A stretch of 16,940 nt of DNA from contig JBFEXS010000040.1 in assembly GCA_041562555.1 (NCBI GenBank), forward strand, positions 1 to 16,940, in the 5' to 3' direction. The DNA is from Sulfurimonadaceae bacterium (GTDB lineage: Bacteria; Campylobacterota; Campylobacteria; Campylobacterales; Sulfurimonadaceae). A program made the translations under genes and the position numbers. The stretch's first letter is position 1; each line of letters opens with the position of its first letter. The notes under the pieces are model-generated. The model was not told the DNA's origin. It saw nothing but the letters and a program-made list of their open reading frames with translations, and ran no database searches. Of the stretch, positions 8,087 through 15,746 are shown piece by piece.

Positions 8087-8115
8087 TTGACTCTTTTCGT
8101 ATTAGCCGTTACAAT
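8087..8115 (+). promoter_or_regulatory. Near-consensus sigma70 promoter of the diguanylate cyclase gene
   Basis: TTGACT (8087-8092), 17-nt spacer, TACAAT (8110-8115). The -10 is embedded in the inverted repeat TTACAAT-GT-ATTGTAA (8109-8124). Confidence 0.65.
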
Positions 8116-8145
8116 GTATTGTAAATAAATCTAAATGGATGGGCG

Positions 8146-9699
8146 ATGACACTTCATCGAAAATTGCTGCTTTTCTTTTTAGTACAACATACTCTCTTCT
8201 TACTACTGGCTGTTGTATTGTCCGAATTCTTCATCCGTCCACACAATCTTTCCCTGGAACAAAAATATGCATATGAAAAAATCTCTCAGATCAGAAATGT
8301 CTTTCATACAGAGTTGGAGCACCTTAGTCTTTTAGCAACGGATTGGGCTGTCTGGGATGATACCTACACCTATATGAAAGAGAAAAACGAGGAGTTTCTT
8401 AACAGCAATTTTCCTGATGATATCCTGGACTCGACAAAGCTGACACATATTGAACTTTTTGATGTTCTGGGGCGAAGTGTATTTGTAAAGAGTGAAGGTA
8501 CGTTGGACATTTCCGGATTGTTGGATCACAACGGGCACCTAAGAGATGCTTATGTCCAGTGGCTTGAAGAGCGACCGAACAAAGACCGTAATGGTGTCCT
8601 GAAACTGGAAGATAAAATCGTATTGGTCGCGTTCAGTCCGATCTTGAGAGGCGGAGGAGAAGGTCCCGACAGAGGTACCTTGATGATGGTTCGACCTATT
8701 GATGAGATAATGCTTTCCAAAATCAACAAAAGCACTAATTCAAGTGTGACTTTGCACAGTTCAGATACCTTTTCTTCCTTGGAGACCTTCGATAAGCATG
8801 AGTTTTGGATAGAAGAGGTTGATGGGCAGACCTTAAAGATCAATTCATATTTGAATGCTCCCAATGGAGATATCTCCGTGGTGATCGAGACAGTATTCAG
8901 ACGGGAATTTGTCATGGAAAGTGAAAAGGTGATTCAATACCTGTTTATCTTTGCAGGGATACTTGGAACGGCAAGTTTTGTAGTGTCTTTCTATCTGCTT
9001 CGATCGGAAGTTGTCACACCTTTAACCCTTTTGGGATCACATATTGTAAAAATCAAACATGAGGGGAGCCTGACAGAGAGTACATTGTCACAGCGCAAGG
9101 ATGAGATAGGTCTTTTGGCGACCGAATTTAATCATCTTGTCCGTACGATAGAAGAAAAGAACGAAGTCCTGGCTAAAGTCGCCCGTATCGATGCGTTGAC
9201 GGGAGTGGCAAACCGCATGGATTTTGAAGAGCGTTTTGAAGAGACGCGACGCCAATCATGCAGGGAAGAGAAGGTCATGACAATCCTGTTGCTGGACATT
9301 GATTATTTTAAAAAATATAATGACACGTATGGGCATGTAAAGGGAGATGAAGCATTAGTCAACGTGGCGGCGATCATAAAACACTCACTGTTACGTCCTC
9401 ATGATTATGTGGCGCGGTATGGCGGAGAAGAGTTTGTCCTCTTGCTTCCGGATACGGATGTTGAGGGTTCTGTGATCATGGCTGAACGGATTATGGAAAA
9501 CATACAAAAGCTCGGTATCGAGCATATGTCGAGTGAGAATGACGAGAAGGTTATCAGTGTCAGTATCGGATGTTTTAGTTTTGTAGCGCATAAAGGACAG
9601 ACCCAGGAACAGCTTATAAGCATGGCGGACGAAGCACTCTATACGGCAAAAGAGAAGGGTCGCAACCAGTACTGTGTTTATGAACGAAGTGATGCTTAA
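8146..9699 (+). CDS. Membrane-bound diguanylate cyclase (CHASE4-HAMP-GGDEF)
   Basis: Two TM helices flank DWAVWDDTY (CHASE4 signature); HAMP motif RKDEIGLLATEFN; DALTGVANR, DIDYFKKYNDTYGHVKGD, I-site RPHD (9394), GGEEF (9421-9435) and ADEALYTAKEKGRN. Confidence 0.95.
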   Translation: MTLHRKLLLFFLVQHTLFLLLAVVLSEFFIRPHNLSLEQKYAYEKISQIRNVFHTELEHLSLLATDWAVWDDTYTYMKEKNEEFLNSNFPDDILDSTKLTHIELFDVLGRSVFVKSEGTLDISGLLDHNGHLRDAYVQWLEERPNKDRNGVLKLEDKIVLVAFSPILRGGGEGPDRGTLMMVRPIDEIMLSKINKSTNSSVTLHSSDTFSSLETFDKHEFWIEEVDGQTLKINSYLNAPNGDISVVIETVFRREFVMESEKVIQYLFIFAGILGTASFVVSFYLLRSEVVTPLTLLGSHIVKIKHEGSLTESTLSQRKDEIGLLATEFNHLVRTIEEKNEVLAKVARIDALTGVANRMDFEERFEETRRQSCREEKVMTILLLDIDYFKKYNDTYGHVKGDEALVNVAAIIKHSLLRPHDYVARYGGEEFVLLLPDTDVEGSVIMAERIMENIQKLGIEHMSSENDEKVISVSIGCFSFVAHKGQTQEQLISMADEALYTAKEKGRNQYCVYERSDA

Positions 9700-10490
9700 A
9701 AACGAAAACTTTCTCTCATCACTTCCTGAATCTTCTCTAGAGGATATTGTTGTTGCGTAAAATGTGCATTCGCGAGAACACCTTGTCCCAAGAGCATATC
9801 TGCACCGTCTTTGTAGGTAATATTCATCTCTTCACATAGTTTTAAAAAGGGAGTCTTCTTCCCATAGATGGCATCGGCAGCATAGGTAGATCTTTCCAGT
9901 AAAGGACGCAAGATTTCTAAGGGAGCGGGATAGCTCTCGTCACTCAGCCCTGCTGAGGTCGTATTGACAATCATATCGTAGCGCTTGATCTCACAATCTG
10001 TCCAATCAAAAGTCTCAAACCCACCCTCTTTAAAGTGTTGAAGATTTCCAGCGCTGCGATTAAGTATGGAGATATTGCATCCGTCATCTCTGAGTTTCAT
10101 ACTGAGTGCTTTGGCTGTTCCACCTGCACCGATGATAAGGACGTCGTTTATATTTTCGAAGGCTTCAATTGCGAAGGAGAAACCATCTGCATCAGTGTTG
10201 TAGCCTATAAGACGACCATCCTCATTGATGAGTGTATTGACAACACCGATCTTCTGTGCGAATCCTCTTACTTCATCACAGGCCTCAAAAGCTGCTTCTT
10301 TATGAGGAACAGTGACATTGGCACCATCAAGCTTCTGAGAAAAGAATGTCTCCCTTAAACGGCTCCCGTCTTCAAGTTGAATACGGGTATAACAGCCGTC
10401 AAAGCCCAGAGATTTAAAGACATGATTATGCATCAAGGGAGAGCGGGAGTGGGCGACTGGGTTTCCGAAAATCGCAAATAGTTTTTTCAT
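9696..10490 (-). CDS. aroE: Shikimate dehydrogenase (NADP+)
   Basis: GNPVAHSRSP, GANVTVPHK, VNTL, NTDADG, GAGGTA, LNRS, NTTSAG, DGADMLLGQG. Confidence 0.97.
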   Translation of the reverse strand: MKKLFAIFGNPVAHSRSPLMHNHVFKSLGFDGCYTRIQLEDGSRLRETFFSQKLDGANVTVPHKEAAFEACDEVRGFAQKIGVVNTLINEDGRLIGYNTDADGFSFAIEAFENINDVLIIGAGGTAKALSMKLRDDGCNISILNRSAGNLQHFKEGGFETFDWTDCEIKRYDMIVNTTSAGLSDESYPAPLEILRPLLERSTYAADAIYGKKTPFLKLCEEMNITYKDGADMLLGQGVLANAHFTQQQYPLEKIQEVMRESFRF

Positions 10491-10535
10491 AATTTCTCTT
10501 ATCTGACCTCAAAAAATAGAGGGAATTTGAGCCGG

Positions 10536-10544
10536 ATTATAGCA
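10536..10544 (-). promoter_or_regulatory. Extended -10 element for aroE
   Basis: TGcTATAAT on the minus strand, 45 nt upstream of the ATG. Confidence 0.7.
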
Positions 10545-10558
10545 TTTTTACTTTTCAT

Positions 10559-10572
10559 TAACCCTGGGGTTA
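10559..10572. promoter_or_regulatory. 6-2-6 inverted repeat, candidate operator
   Basis: TAACCC-TG-GGGTTA, a GC-rich palindrome in an AT-rich spacer between divergent -10 elements. Confidence 0.35.
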
Positions 10573-10592
10573 CCTTCTATTTCTGTATTAGG

Positions 10593-10600
10593 GGTATCAT
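10593..10600 (+). promoter_or_regulatory. Probable -10 element for the Zn-ribbon gene
   Basis: ggTATCAT, followed by TAAGGAG SD (10614-10620) and ATG 10627. Confidence 0.5.
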
Positions 10601-10626
10601 GATTTTAATATATTAAGGAGCACATT

Positions 10627-11559
10627 ATGAGTATTTTTAATAATCTATTTGGTTCAAAACATTCAGACCTTCCTTCTGTTGAAATCACAAAACATGATGT
10701 CAACAATATGAAAGACAGTGATGGCCTGGACGAGAAAAAAATGCAGCAGGATATTAACCAATCCGCCAAGGTCGTTGACAGACGTGTAATGATGAATTAT
10801 GAAAAAAAGTTCATGGAAAGATTTAAGAAACTTGGTAATCTTAATCAGAAGTGCCCCTACTGCGCCAAGGAGTATAAGACCCTGAACCTTGGAGATAAGA
10901 AGTGTACGGAGTGTAAAAAGACCTTTATAGTACAAAAGCGAGTTCAGGATATGGGTACGGTTGCCTTCAGAGAAGAACTGAAGCCTCAGTTCGAACTTCA
11001 ATGGAAGGTGACGAGTAATATCAAAAAGTTCAAATATTATCTCCCCCATGAATTTGACTATATCGAAAAGCAACTGCAAAAACAGGGGAAAAAGAATTTG
11101 CAACACAGCGAGATCATGCATGCTGTTCTGAATGCCTATGCAAAGAACGCGTTGGCTGCGGGATATTATGAACTTTATGCTGCCTTGATGTTTCATAAAG
11201 CAGAGTTGATGCGTTCAGAACAACGCTTTGCGGAGGCTTTGGAATATTGTTTTTATGTCTATTTCCTGCATAATAACGGTGTGAGCAACAATGGACAACT
11301 GGGAAGTAATACTATCTGCAATGAAGAGCTAAGAGAAGTAATCGCAGACCTTTTGGCTCTGGGCGGACTTCAGGTGAAAAAGTCCAAAGACCTGTTTGAT
11401 TATGCCATTGCGCATCTGAACCGATTCAATACCAGCCAGCTGAAAGTATCGGTAAACAAAAGCTACAGTAATCTTTTGAAGGAGTTCAAACTCGATGATG
11501 CAGCAAAAGAGGGCGTGAAACCAATGCGTTCATTTGTCCTTTACACAAAGGCTAGTTAA
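10627..11559 (+). CDS. Hypothetical protein with C4 zinc ribbon and helical (TPR-like) C-terminal domain
   Basis: 310-aa ORF with a strong SD; CPYC-x13-CTEC (C76, C79, C93, C96); amphipathic N-terminus MSIFNNLFG; no TM segment or signal peptide. Confidence 0.88.
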   Translation: MSIFNNLFGSKHSDLPSVEITKHDVNNMKDSDGLDEKKMQQDINQSAKVVDRRVMMNYEKKFMERFKKLGNLNQKCPYCAKEYKTLNLGDKKCTECKKTFIVQKRVQDMGTVAFREELKPQFELQWKVTSNIKKFKYYLPHEFDYIEKQLQKQGKKNLQHSEIMHAVLNAYAKNALAAGYYELYAALMFHKAELMRSEQRFAEALEYCFYVYFLHNNGVSNNGQLGSNTICNEELREVIADLLALGGLQVKKSKDLFDYAIAHLNRFNTSQLKVSVNKSYSNLLKEFKLDDAAKEGVKPMRSFVLYTKAS

Positions 11560-11920
11560 GGAGTTTTGCGATTCCTTCAACGGCAATGACTTTCCCATCT
11601 TGAATGACAGGGGTCTCATAGACGTAGAGACGATGCGTGTTGTAGTCTTTATCATAGACCTCCACCTCATAGGGATCCTGTTGTATTCCCTTTAGACATT
11701 CATTGGTATATCTGATCATCTCTTTATTGATAGGATTTCCCGTAACGCACTCCAAATAGAACTTTTTAAACTCATCGGGAGTAAAGCCCAGGATGTCAAA
11801 AACAGTCTCACTAATATAGGTAAAGACCCCATTCGTATCATGGATATAGAAATAATAAGGTGACCCATCCTGAGAGATGAAGTCTTTAAACTTTTCTTCG
11901 AGTCGTAGCTGTGTCTGCAT
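11552..11920 (-). CDS. Stand-alone PAS domain protein
   Basis: FYIHDTNGVFTYIS..VFDILGFTPDEF...YEVEV...ETPVIQDGKVIAVEGIA covers a complete PAS/PAC pattern with no output domain. Confidence 0.85.
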   Translation of the reverse strand: MQTQLRLEEKFKDFISQDGSPYYFYIHDTNGVFTYISETVFDILGFTPDEFKKFYLECVTGNPINKEMIRYTNECLKGIQQDPYEVEVYDKDYNTHRLYVYETPVIQDGKVIAVEGIAKLLN

Positions 11921-11925
11921 AGCTT

Positions 11926-11933
11926 AGTGTAAC
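11926..11933 (-). promoter_or_regulatory. Possible -10 element for the PAS gene (candidate leaderless transcript)
   Basis: gtTACACT on the minus strand ends 5 nt before the ATG; no SD. Confidence 0.4.
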
Positions 11934-11967
11934 TCTAAAAGTTTAAGAAAATACTTATAGAATTTAA

Positions 11968-13374
11968 TTAGAGCTTTAGGTCATCCAAAGAGCTTAGAAG
12001 GGCACCAAGCTTGTTTTTTACTTCGAGGTACTCGAGTTCAGGGACAGAGTCTGCAACGACGCCTGCACCTGCTTGAAAGATGATACGGTCCTTTTTGATT
12101 AGAGAAGTACGAATGGTGATAGCTGAATCCATATTCCCGTCAAATCCGAAATAGCCGATCGCACCGGAATAGAAACCACGTTTTAAGCCTTCGTATTCAG
12201 CGATAAGCTGCATCGCACGGATCTTGGGTGCACCGGTCATCGTACCGGCAGTAAAGGTGGCAGCTAAGAGATCAAACATATCCTTATCTTCACGAAGTTC
12301 GGCGATGACATCACTTACCATGTGCATGACGTGAGAGTATTTCTCAACATGCATCATGTCATGTACCTGGACTGTTCCGGTCTTTGCTACACGGGAGACA
12401 TCATTACGCCCCAGGTCGATCAGCATAAGGTGTTCGGCACACTCTTTAGGGTCATTGACCAGCTCTTCTTCCATCTGCATGTCTTTGGCAATAGTATTAC
12501 CGCGTTTACGGGTACCGGCGATCGGTTTAAGTAGCAATTCGCCATCTTGGAGGCGTACCATGACTTCCGGTGAACTTCCCACGATTGAAAACTCTTCAAA
12601 TTCAAGTAAGAACATGTACGGGGAGGGGTTCTTAGTACGCAAGATACGATAAAAGCTAAAAGGATCAACCTCTGTATACGCTGTATAACGGTTTGCCATC
12701 AGTATCTGAAAGACATCTCCGCTTTTGATCATCTCTTTGGACTTGGCGACCATATCAAAGAACTTCTCTTTATCAAAGGCAAAGCTTCCCTGCGTATCTG
12801 AAGAGACAGGAATGAGAGGTACATATTCATAGGAAGATTTTAACTCTTTTTCAATCGTTTCAAATTCATCTTGGATCTCTTCCATAGACGTTACCAGCGT
12901 AAGCTTGTGCGTCTTGTGGGAATAGACAACGATAAGTTTTGGACGGATGAGGTCAAGATCCGGGGTATGGAGTTCATCTTCCAAGCTGTCCATGGTCGAT
13001 TGCAAGACAGGCTCAAAGACTTTGACCATATCATAACCGATGTAGCCGATAAACCCGTCGATATAGCCGATCCCGAGTTCTCGGGTCTTTTTTCGGTAGG
13101 CTTCCTGATCGAGTTTTGCATAATAGGACTTTAAAAAGGTAAAGGGATCCTCATCCAAGGTCTGTGTAGTGTTAGACGCATCGGTGTAGGTTGTAATGTT
13201 GTCTTGAAAGCTCAGGCGTTCTTGGGCACCGATGATGATAAAACTATAGTTACCTTCACTGTTACCGGCACTCTCAAAAAGAAAAGAGATCTCTTTTGGA
13301 AACTGCTGTTTAAGTTTGTGGTACACCGCAATGGGTGCAAATTGATCGAGTGTAAATTGAGAAGAGTGTATCAA
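11968..13374 (-). CDS. trpE: Anthranilate synthase component I
   Basis: Trp-feedback motifs LFES and NPSPYMF; GSSPE; PIAGT (TrpE type, PabB has PIKGT); AEHLMLIDLGRND; GAPKIRAM; QAGAGVVADS. TTG start 3 nt after the SPOR gene stop, with AGGA SD inside its last codons. Confidence 0.93.
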   Translation of the reverse strand: MIHSSQFTLDQFAPIAVYHKLKQQFPKEISFLFESAGNSEGNYSFIIIGAQERLSFQDNITTYTDASNTTQTLDEDPFTFLKSYYAKLDQEAYRKKTRELGIGYIDGFIGYIGYDMVKVFEPVLQSTMDSLEDELHTPDLDLIRPKLIVVYSHKTHKLTLVTSMEEIQDEFETIEKELKSSYEYVPLIPVSSDTQGSFAFDKEKFFDMVAKSKEMIKSGDVFQILMANRYTAYTEVDPFSFYRILRTKNPSPYMFLLEFEEFSIVGSSPEVMVRLQDGELLLKPIAGTRKRGNTIAKDMQMEEELVNDPKECAEHLMLIDLGRNDVSRVAKTGTVQVHDMMHVEKYSHVMHMVSDVIAELREDKDMFDLLAATFTAGTMTGAPKIRAMQLIAEYEGLKRGFYSGAIGYFGFDGNMDSAITIRTSLIKKDRIIFQAGAGVVADSVPELEYLEVKNKLGALLSSLDDLKL

Positions 13375-13377
13375 AAA

Positions 13378-14097
13378 TTATATCCTAGAAAGAAATGCAC
13401 CAGGTTCGATCTTCGTACGAATCGCTGGAAGTTGTTTACGTGCTGATTTGTCACTTGGGTATGGCCCGATAAGCACTTTTGTCAAGCTACCCACTTTATG
13501 TAGTTTATAGGTGTAACCATTGCTTGTGATCTTTTGCAGAAACTTCTTATCCGGTGAATAACGTCCGAATGAGCCGACTTGCACATAATAGTTTCCTGCT
13601 GGCGCAGGTTTAGCAGCAGTTTTTTTAACCGTCGTAGTCACCGGCTTTTTCACAGCAGGTTTAGTAACGATCGGGGTAACCTCTTTTTTGACAGGTTTTT
13701 CATATTTTGCAGGGACCACGACTTCCGTCGCTTCTTCTTCAAAAGTACTTTCCGGTCCTTCGATAAACTCAGAGTTTACTGCTTCTTCCTTTTGGCTCTG
13801 CTCTTTGATCTTTTTAGCGACATTATCAAGGCTCTCATCTGCACTTGGTGTCTCATCAATAGCAATAGGCTCAAAAAGTGGATCCTCATCAATCGGTGCT
13901 TGCACTTGTGTCTGTTTTGGCGGTTCAATAGGTTGAGGAAGATTAGAAGTCCCTCCCGAGTTGAGGCTGCTCATAATAACGACAACGATGATCAGTAAAA
14001 CGGCTAAGGAAGCAACAGCCAGCATGACCTTCTTCATACCGCTGTTTCCACCACCTCGATTTAAGATAATATCGTTTAATTCGTTTTTCTCTTCCAT
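13378..14097 (-). CDS. SPOR-domain bitopic membrane protein (FtsN/DedD-like cell-division protein)
   Basis: Short cytoplasmic MEEKNELNDIIL, one TM helix, disordered acidic then Lys/Pro-rich linker, SPOR motifs YYVQVGSF and KVLIGPY. AAGGA SD supports start 14097 rather than 14172. Confidence 0.92.
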   Translation of the reverse strand: MEEKNELNDIILNRGGGNSGMKKVMLAVASLAVLLIIVVVIMSSLNSGGTSNLPQPIEPPKQTQVQAPIDEDPLFEPIAIDETPSADESLDNVAKKIKEQSQKEEAVNSEFIEGPESTFEEEATEVVVPAKYEKPVKKEVTPIVTKPAVKKPVTTTVKKTAAKPAPAGNYYVQVGSFGRYSPDKKFLQKITSNGYTYKLHKVGSLTKVLIGPYPSDKSARKQLPAIRTKIEPGAFLSRI

Positions 14098-14227
14098 TGA
14101 AACATCCTTATTAAAAGTTATCGTATTGTAAGCAAGTTTTATGCCCGATTTATAATAATTGCTATTATACATAGTTTAGCGTAAAAATCTAACTCAATCG
14201 GGCTGAAAGTTCCCTTTTTCATAAACC

Positions 14228-14236
14228 TGCTATAAT
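14228..14236 (+). promoter_or_regulatory. Extended -10 element for yjdM
   Basis: TGcTATAAT, then AAAGGA SD (14242-14247) and ATG 14253. Confidence 0.75.
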
Positions 14237-14252
14237 TTCGCAAAGGATATCT

Positions 14253-14585
14253 ATGAACGAATTACCAAATTGTCCTGAATGTCAGGGTGAGTATACTTAT
14301 GAAGACCAAGAATTGTATGTCTGTCCGGAGTGTGGACATGAATGGTCGAAAAATGAATCATCAGAAGGTTTTGTCATCAAAGATGCCAATGGTACTGTCC
14401 TGGCAGACGGTGACAGTGTAACAGTCATTAAGGATCTGAAGGTTAAAGGCAGCTCAAATGTCGTCAAAGTAGGCACAAAGATCAAGAATATCAAGTTGGT
14501 GGATAAACCGGATCATAATATCGACTGTAAGGTACCAGGCTTTGGTGCGATGGCCGTTACGGCTGCCTTTGTCAAGAAGGTTTAA
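14253..14585 (+). CDS. yjdM: Zinc-ribbon protein YjdM (PhnA family)
   Basis: LPNCPEC..EYTYED...[45 protein letters not shown]. Confidence 0.95.
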   Translation: MNELPNCPECQGEYTYEDQELYVCPECGHEWSKNESSEGFVIKDANGTVLADGDSVTVIKDLKVKGSSNVVKVGTKIKNIKLVDKPDHNIDCKVPGFGAMAVTAAFVKKV

Positions 14586-14589
14586 GAAG

Positions 14590-14608
14590 GCTGCTTTAAT
14601 AAAGCAGT
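14590..14608. terminator. Hairpin between convergent yjdM and lipoprotein genes (possible bidirectional terminator)
   Basis: CTGCTTT-AAT-AAAGCAG (14591-14607), followed on + by TTCTGATGTTTTT. Confidence 0.55.
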
Positions 14609-14630
14609 TCTGATGTTTTTCTCTCTTTCT

Positions 14631-15071
14631 TCATTTAGTCGATGGGTACTCTTTTATACTAAAGGTCCCATCATATGTAGCACTATCACCGAAACGTGAA
14701 TCAAATGAACAACGAAAATGATATTCCATGCGGGGTTTTACTTCGAGTTCAATGATTTCTGAATAATCTTTTTCATGATAACCATCTCTGGACACGCAGT
14801 TAAGCTCTATCTGATGAACTCCAGGGCCAAGGACTATTTGATCATCTGTTCTAAAGATTTGTGAATCGACTCTCTTACTATCCACAGAGATAATTTGCAT
14901 GACAGGTTGTGAATCGAACATGAATGTGGTAGGTAGAGGCTGATTGTATGTTCTTAGGAGTGATTTTTTCCCGATCTGCAAATCCGACAGCTCCTGGGAG
15001 GATAGTTGAGTCGTACTACATGCACTGAATGTTGTTGTTAGTATAAGAAAAGCGATCGATTGAATATACAT
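14631..15071 (-). CDS. Hypothetical beta-rich lipoprotein (146 aa)
   Basis: Start at 15071 gives MYIQSIAFLILTTTFSA-C (lipobox, Cys18) with AGGA just upstream (short spacing). IISVD...LGPGVHQIELNC...YHFRC suggests a small beta-sandwich with a disulfide. Confidence 0.78.
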   Translation of the reverse strand: MYIQSIAFLILTTTFSACSTTQLSSQELSDLQIGKKSLLRTYNQPLPTTFMFDSQPVMQIISVDSKRVDSQIFRTDDQIVLGPGVHQIELNCVSRDGYHEKDYSEIIELEVKPRMEYHFRCSFDSRFGDSATYDGTFSIKEYPSTK

Positions 15072-15180
15072 AGTTCCTGTCGTCATTGAGGCAGTGTCGT
15101 CTTTATTCACTATTGAAGTGGGGGAGTCTGATTCTTTGTGCTGTCCGCGGAAGACATAAGCTAGCATGCTTCACGCTGAA

Positions 15181-15723
15181 TTACATGTGTTTGGACCAGG
15201 AAGCTCCACGTTCTTTGGCGTAGACTTCCATAGGAATATTCAAGATATTGTACTCCAGAGGAAGGTCTTGGGTAGGGAAGACTCTCCATTGTTTAGGCAT
15301 TTTGGCAGCAAGTTTCATCGAAATCATCTTACCAAGCTGATAGGCCTCTTGAAGGGTAGTATGCCCCTTATGGATATACAGGTGTAAATGACCCGGTGTC
15401 TTCGTCTCAAAGGCGGTGAAGTTGATATATCCCTCTTCACGTAACAGCAGTTGGGCACGGTGATAAAAACGTTGAGGGTCACGCCCGTTATAGTCGATGA
15501 CGATATTTTCAACCTTGTCACGGGAGTTTATAAGCGAGTGTGCCACTGTGATCTCACCTTTGAGGTGCTGATTGATCACCTGTTGGTTAAGCGGCTTGTT
15601 GACTTTTTCATATTTATTGTAAAAGGTACGCCCCTTATAGGAGAGCTTATCGACTACCGTATCGGATTTTATCCAGTAATGATCGGATACCATCTTGATA
15701 AGTTTTAAGTCCATCGCTGTCAT
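15181..15723 (-). CDS. DUF1882 (HP0184-like) protein, primase-polymerase (AEP) fold
   Basis: Conserved position after glyA in Campylobacterota; [44 protein letters not shown]. Confidence 0.88.
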   Translation of the reverse strand: MTAMDLKLIKMVSDHYWIKSDTVVDKLSYKGRTFYNKYEKVNKPLNQQVINQHLKGEITVAHSLINSRDKVENIVIDYNGRDPQRFYHRAQLLLREEGYINFTAFETKTPGHLHLYIHKGHTTLQEAYQLGKMISMKLAAKMPKQWRVFPTQDLPLEYNILNIPMEVYAKERGASWSKHM

Positions 15724-15746
15724 AGGAACCCCCTTTTATATACTTG

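Noticed and set aside
10663..11196. 177-aa hydrophobic minus-strand ORF
   Set aside because: Fully antisense to the Zn-ribbon gene; Phe/Leu richness mirrors Lys/Glu codons; no recognisable motif.
11968..13374. Alternative call as pabB
   Set aside because: PIAGT rather than PIKGT, plus TrpE-type feedback motifs.
13579..13998. Plus-strand ORFs and VKK/PAK repeats in the SPOR gene
   Set aside because: Antisense shadows; the repeats are an ordinary low-complexity linker, not a DNA repeat array.
14098..14172. 25-aa N-terminal extension of the SPOR ORF in the ORF track
   Set aside because: Upstream ATG lacks an SD and overlaps candidate promoter sequence; AAGGA supports 14097.
14253..14585. Phosphonate utilisation inferred from the legacy name phnA
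   Set aside because: YjdM/PhnA zinc-ribbon proteins are not phosphonoacetate hydrolases, and no phn genes are present.
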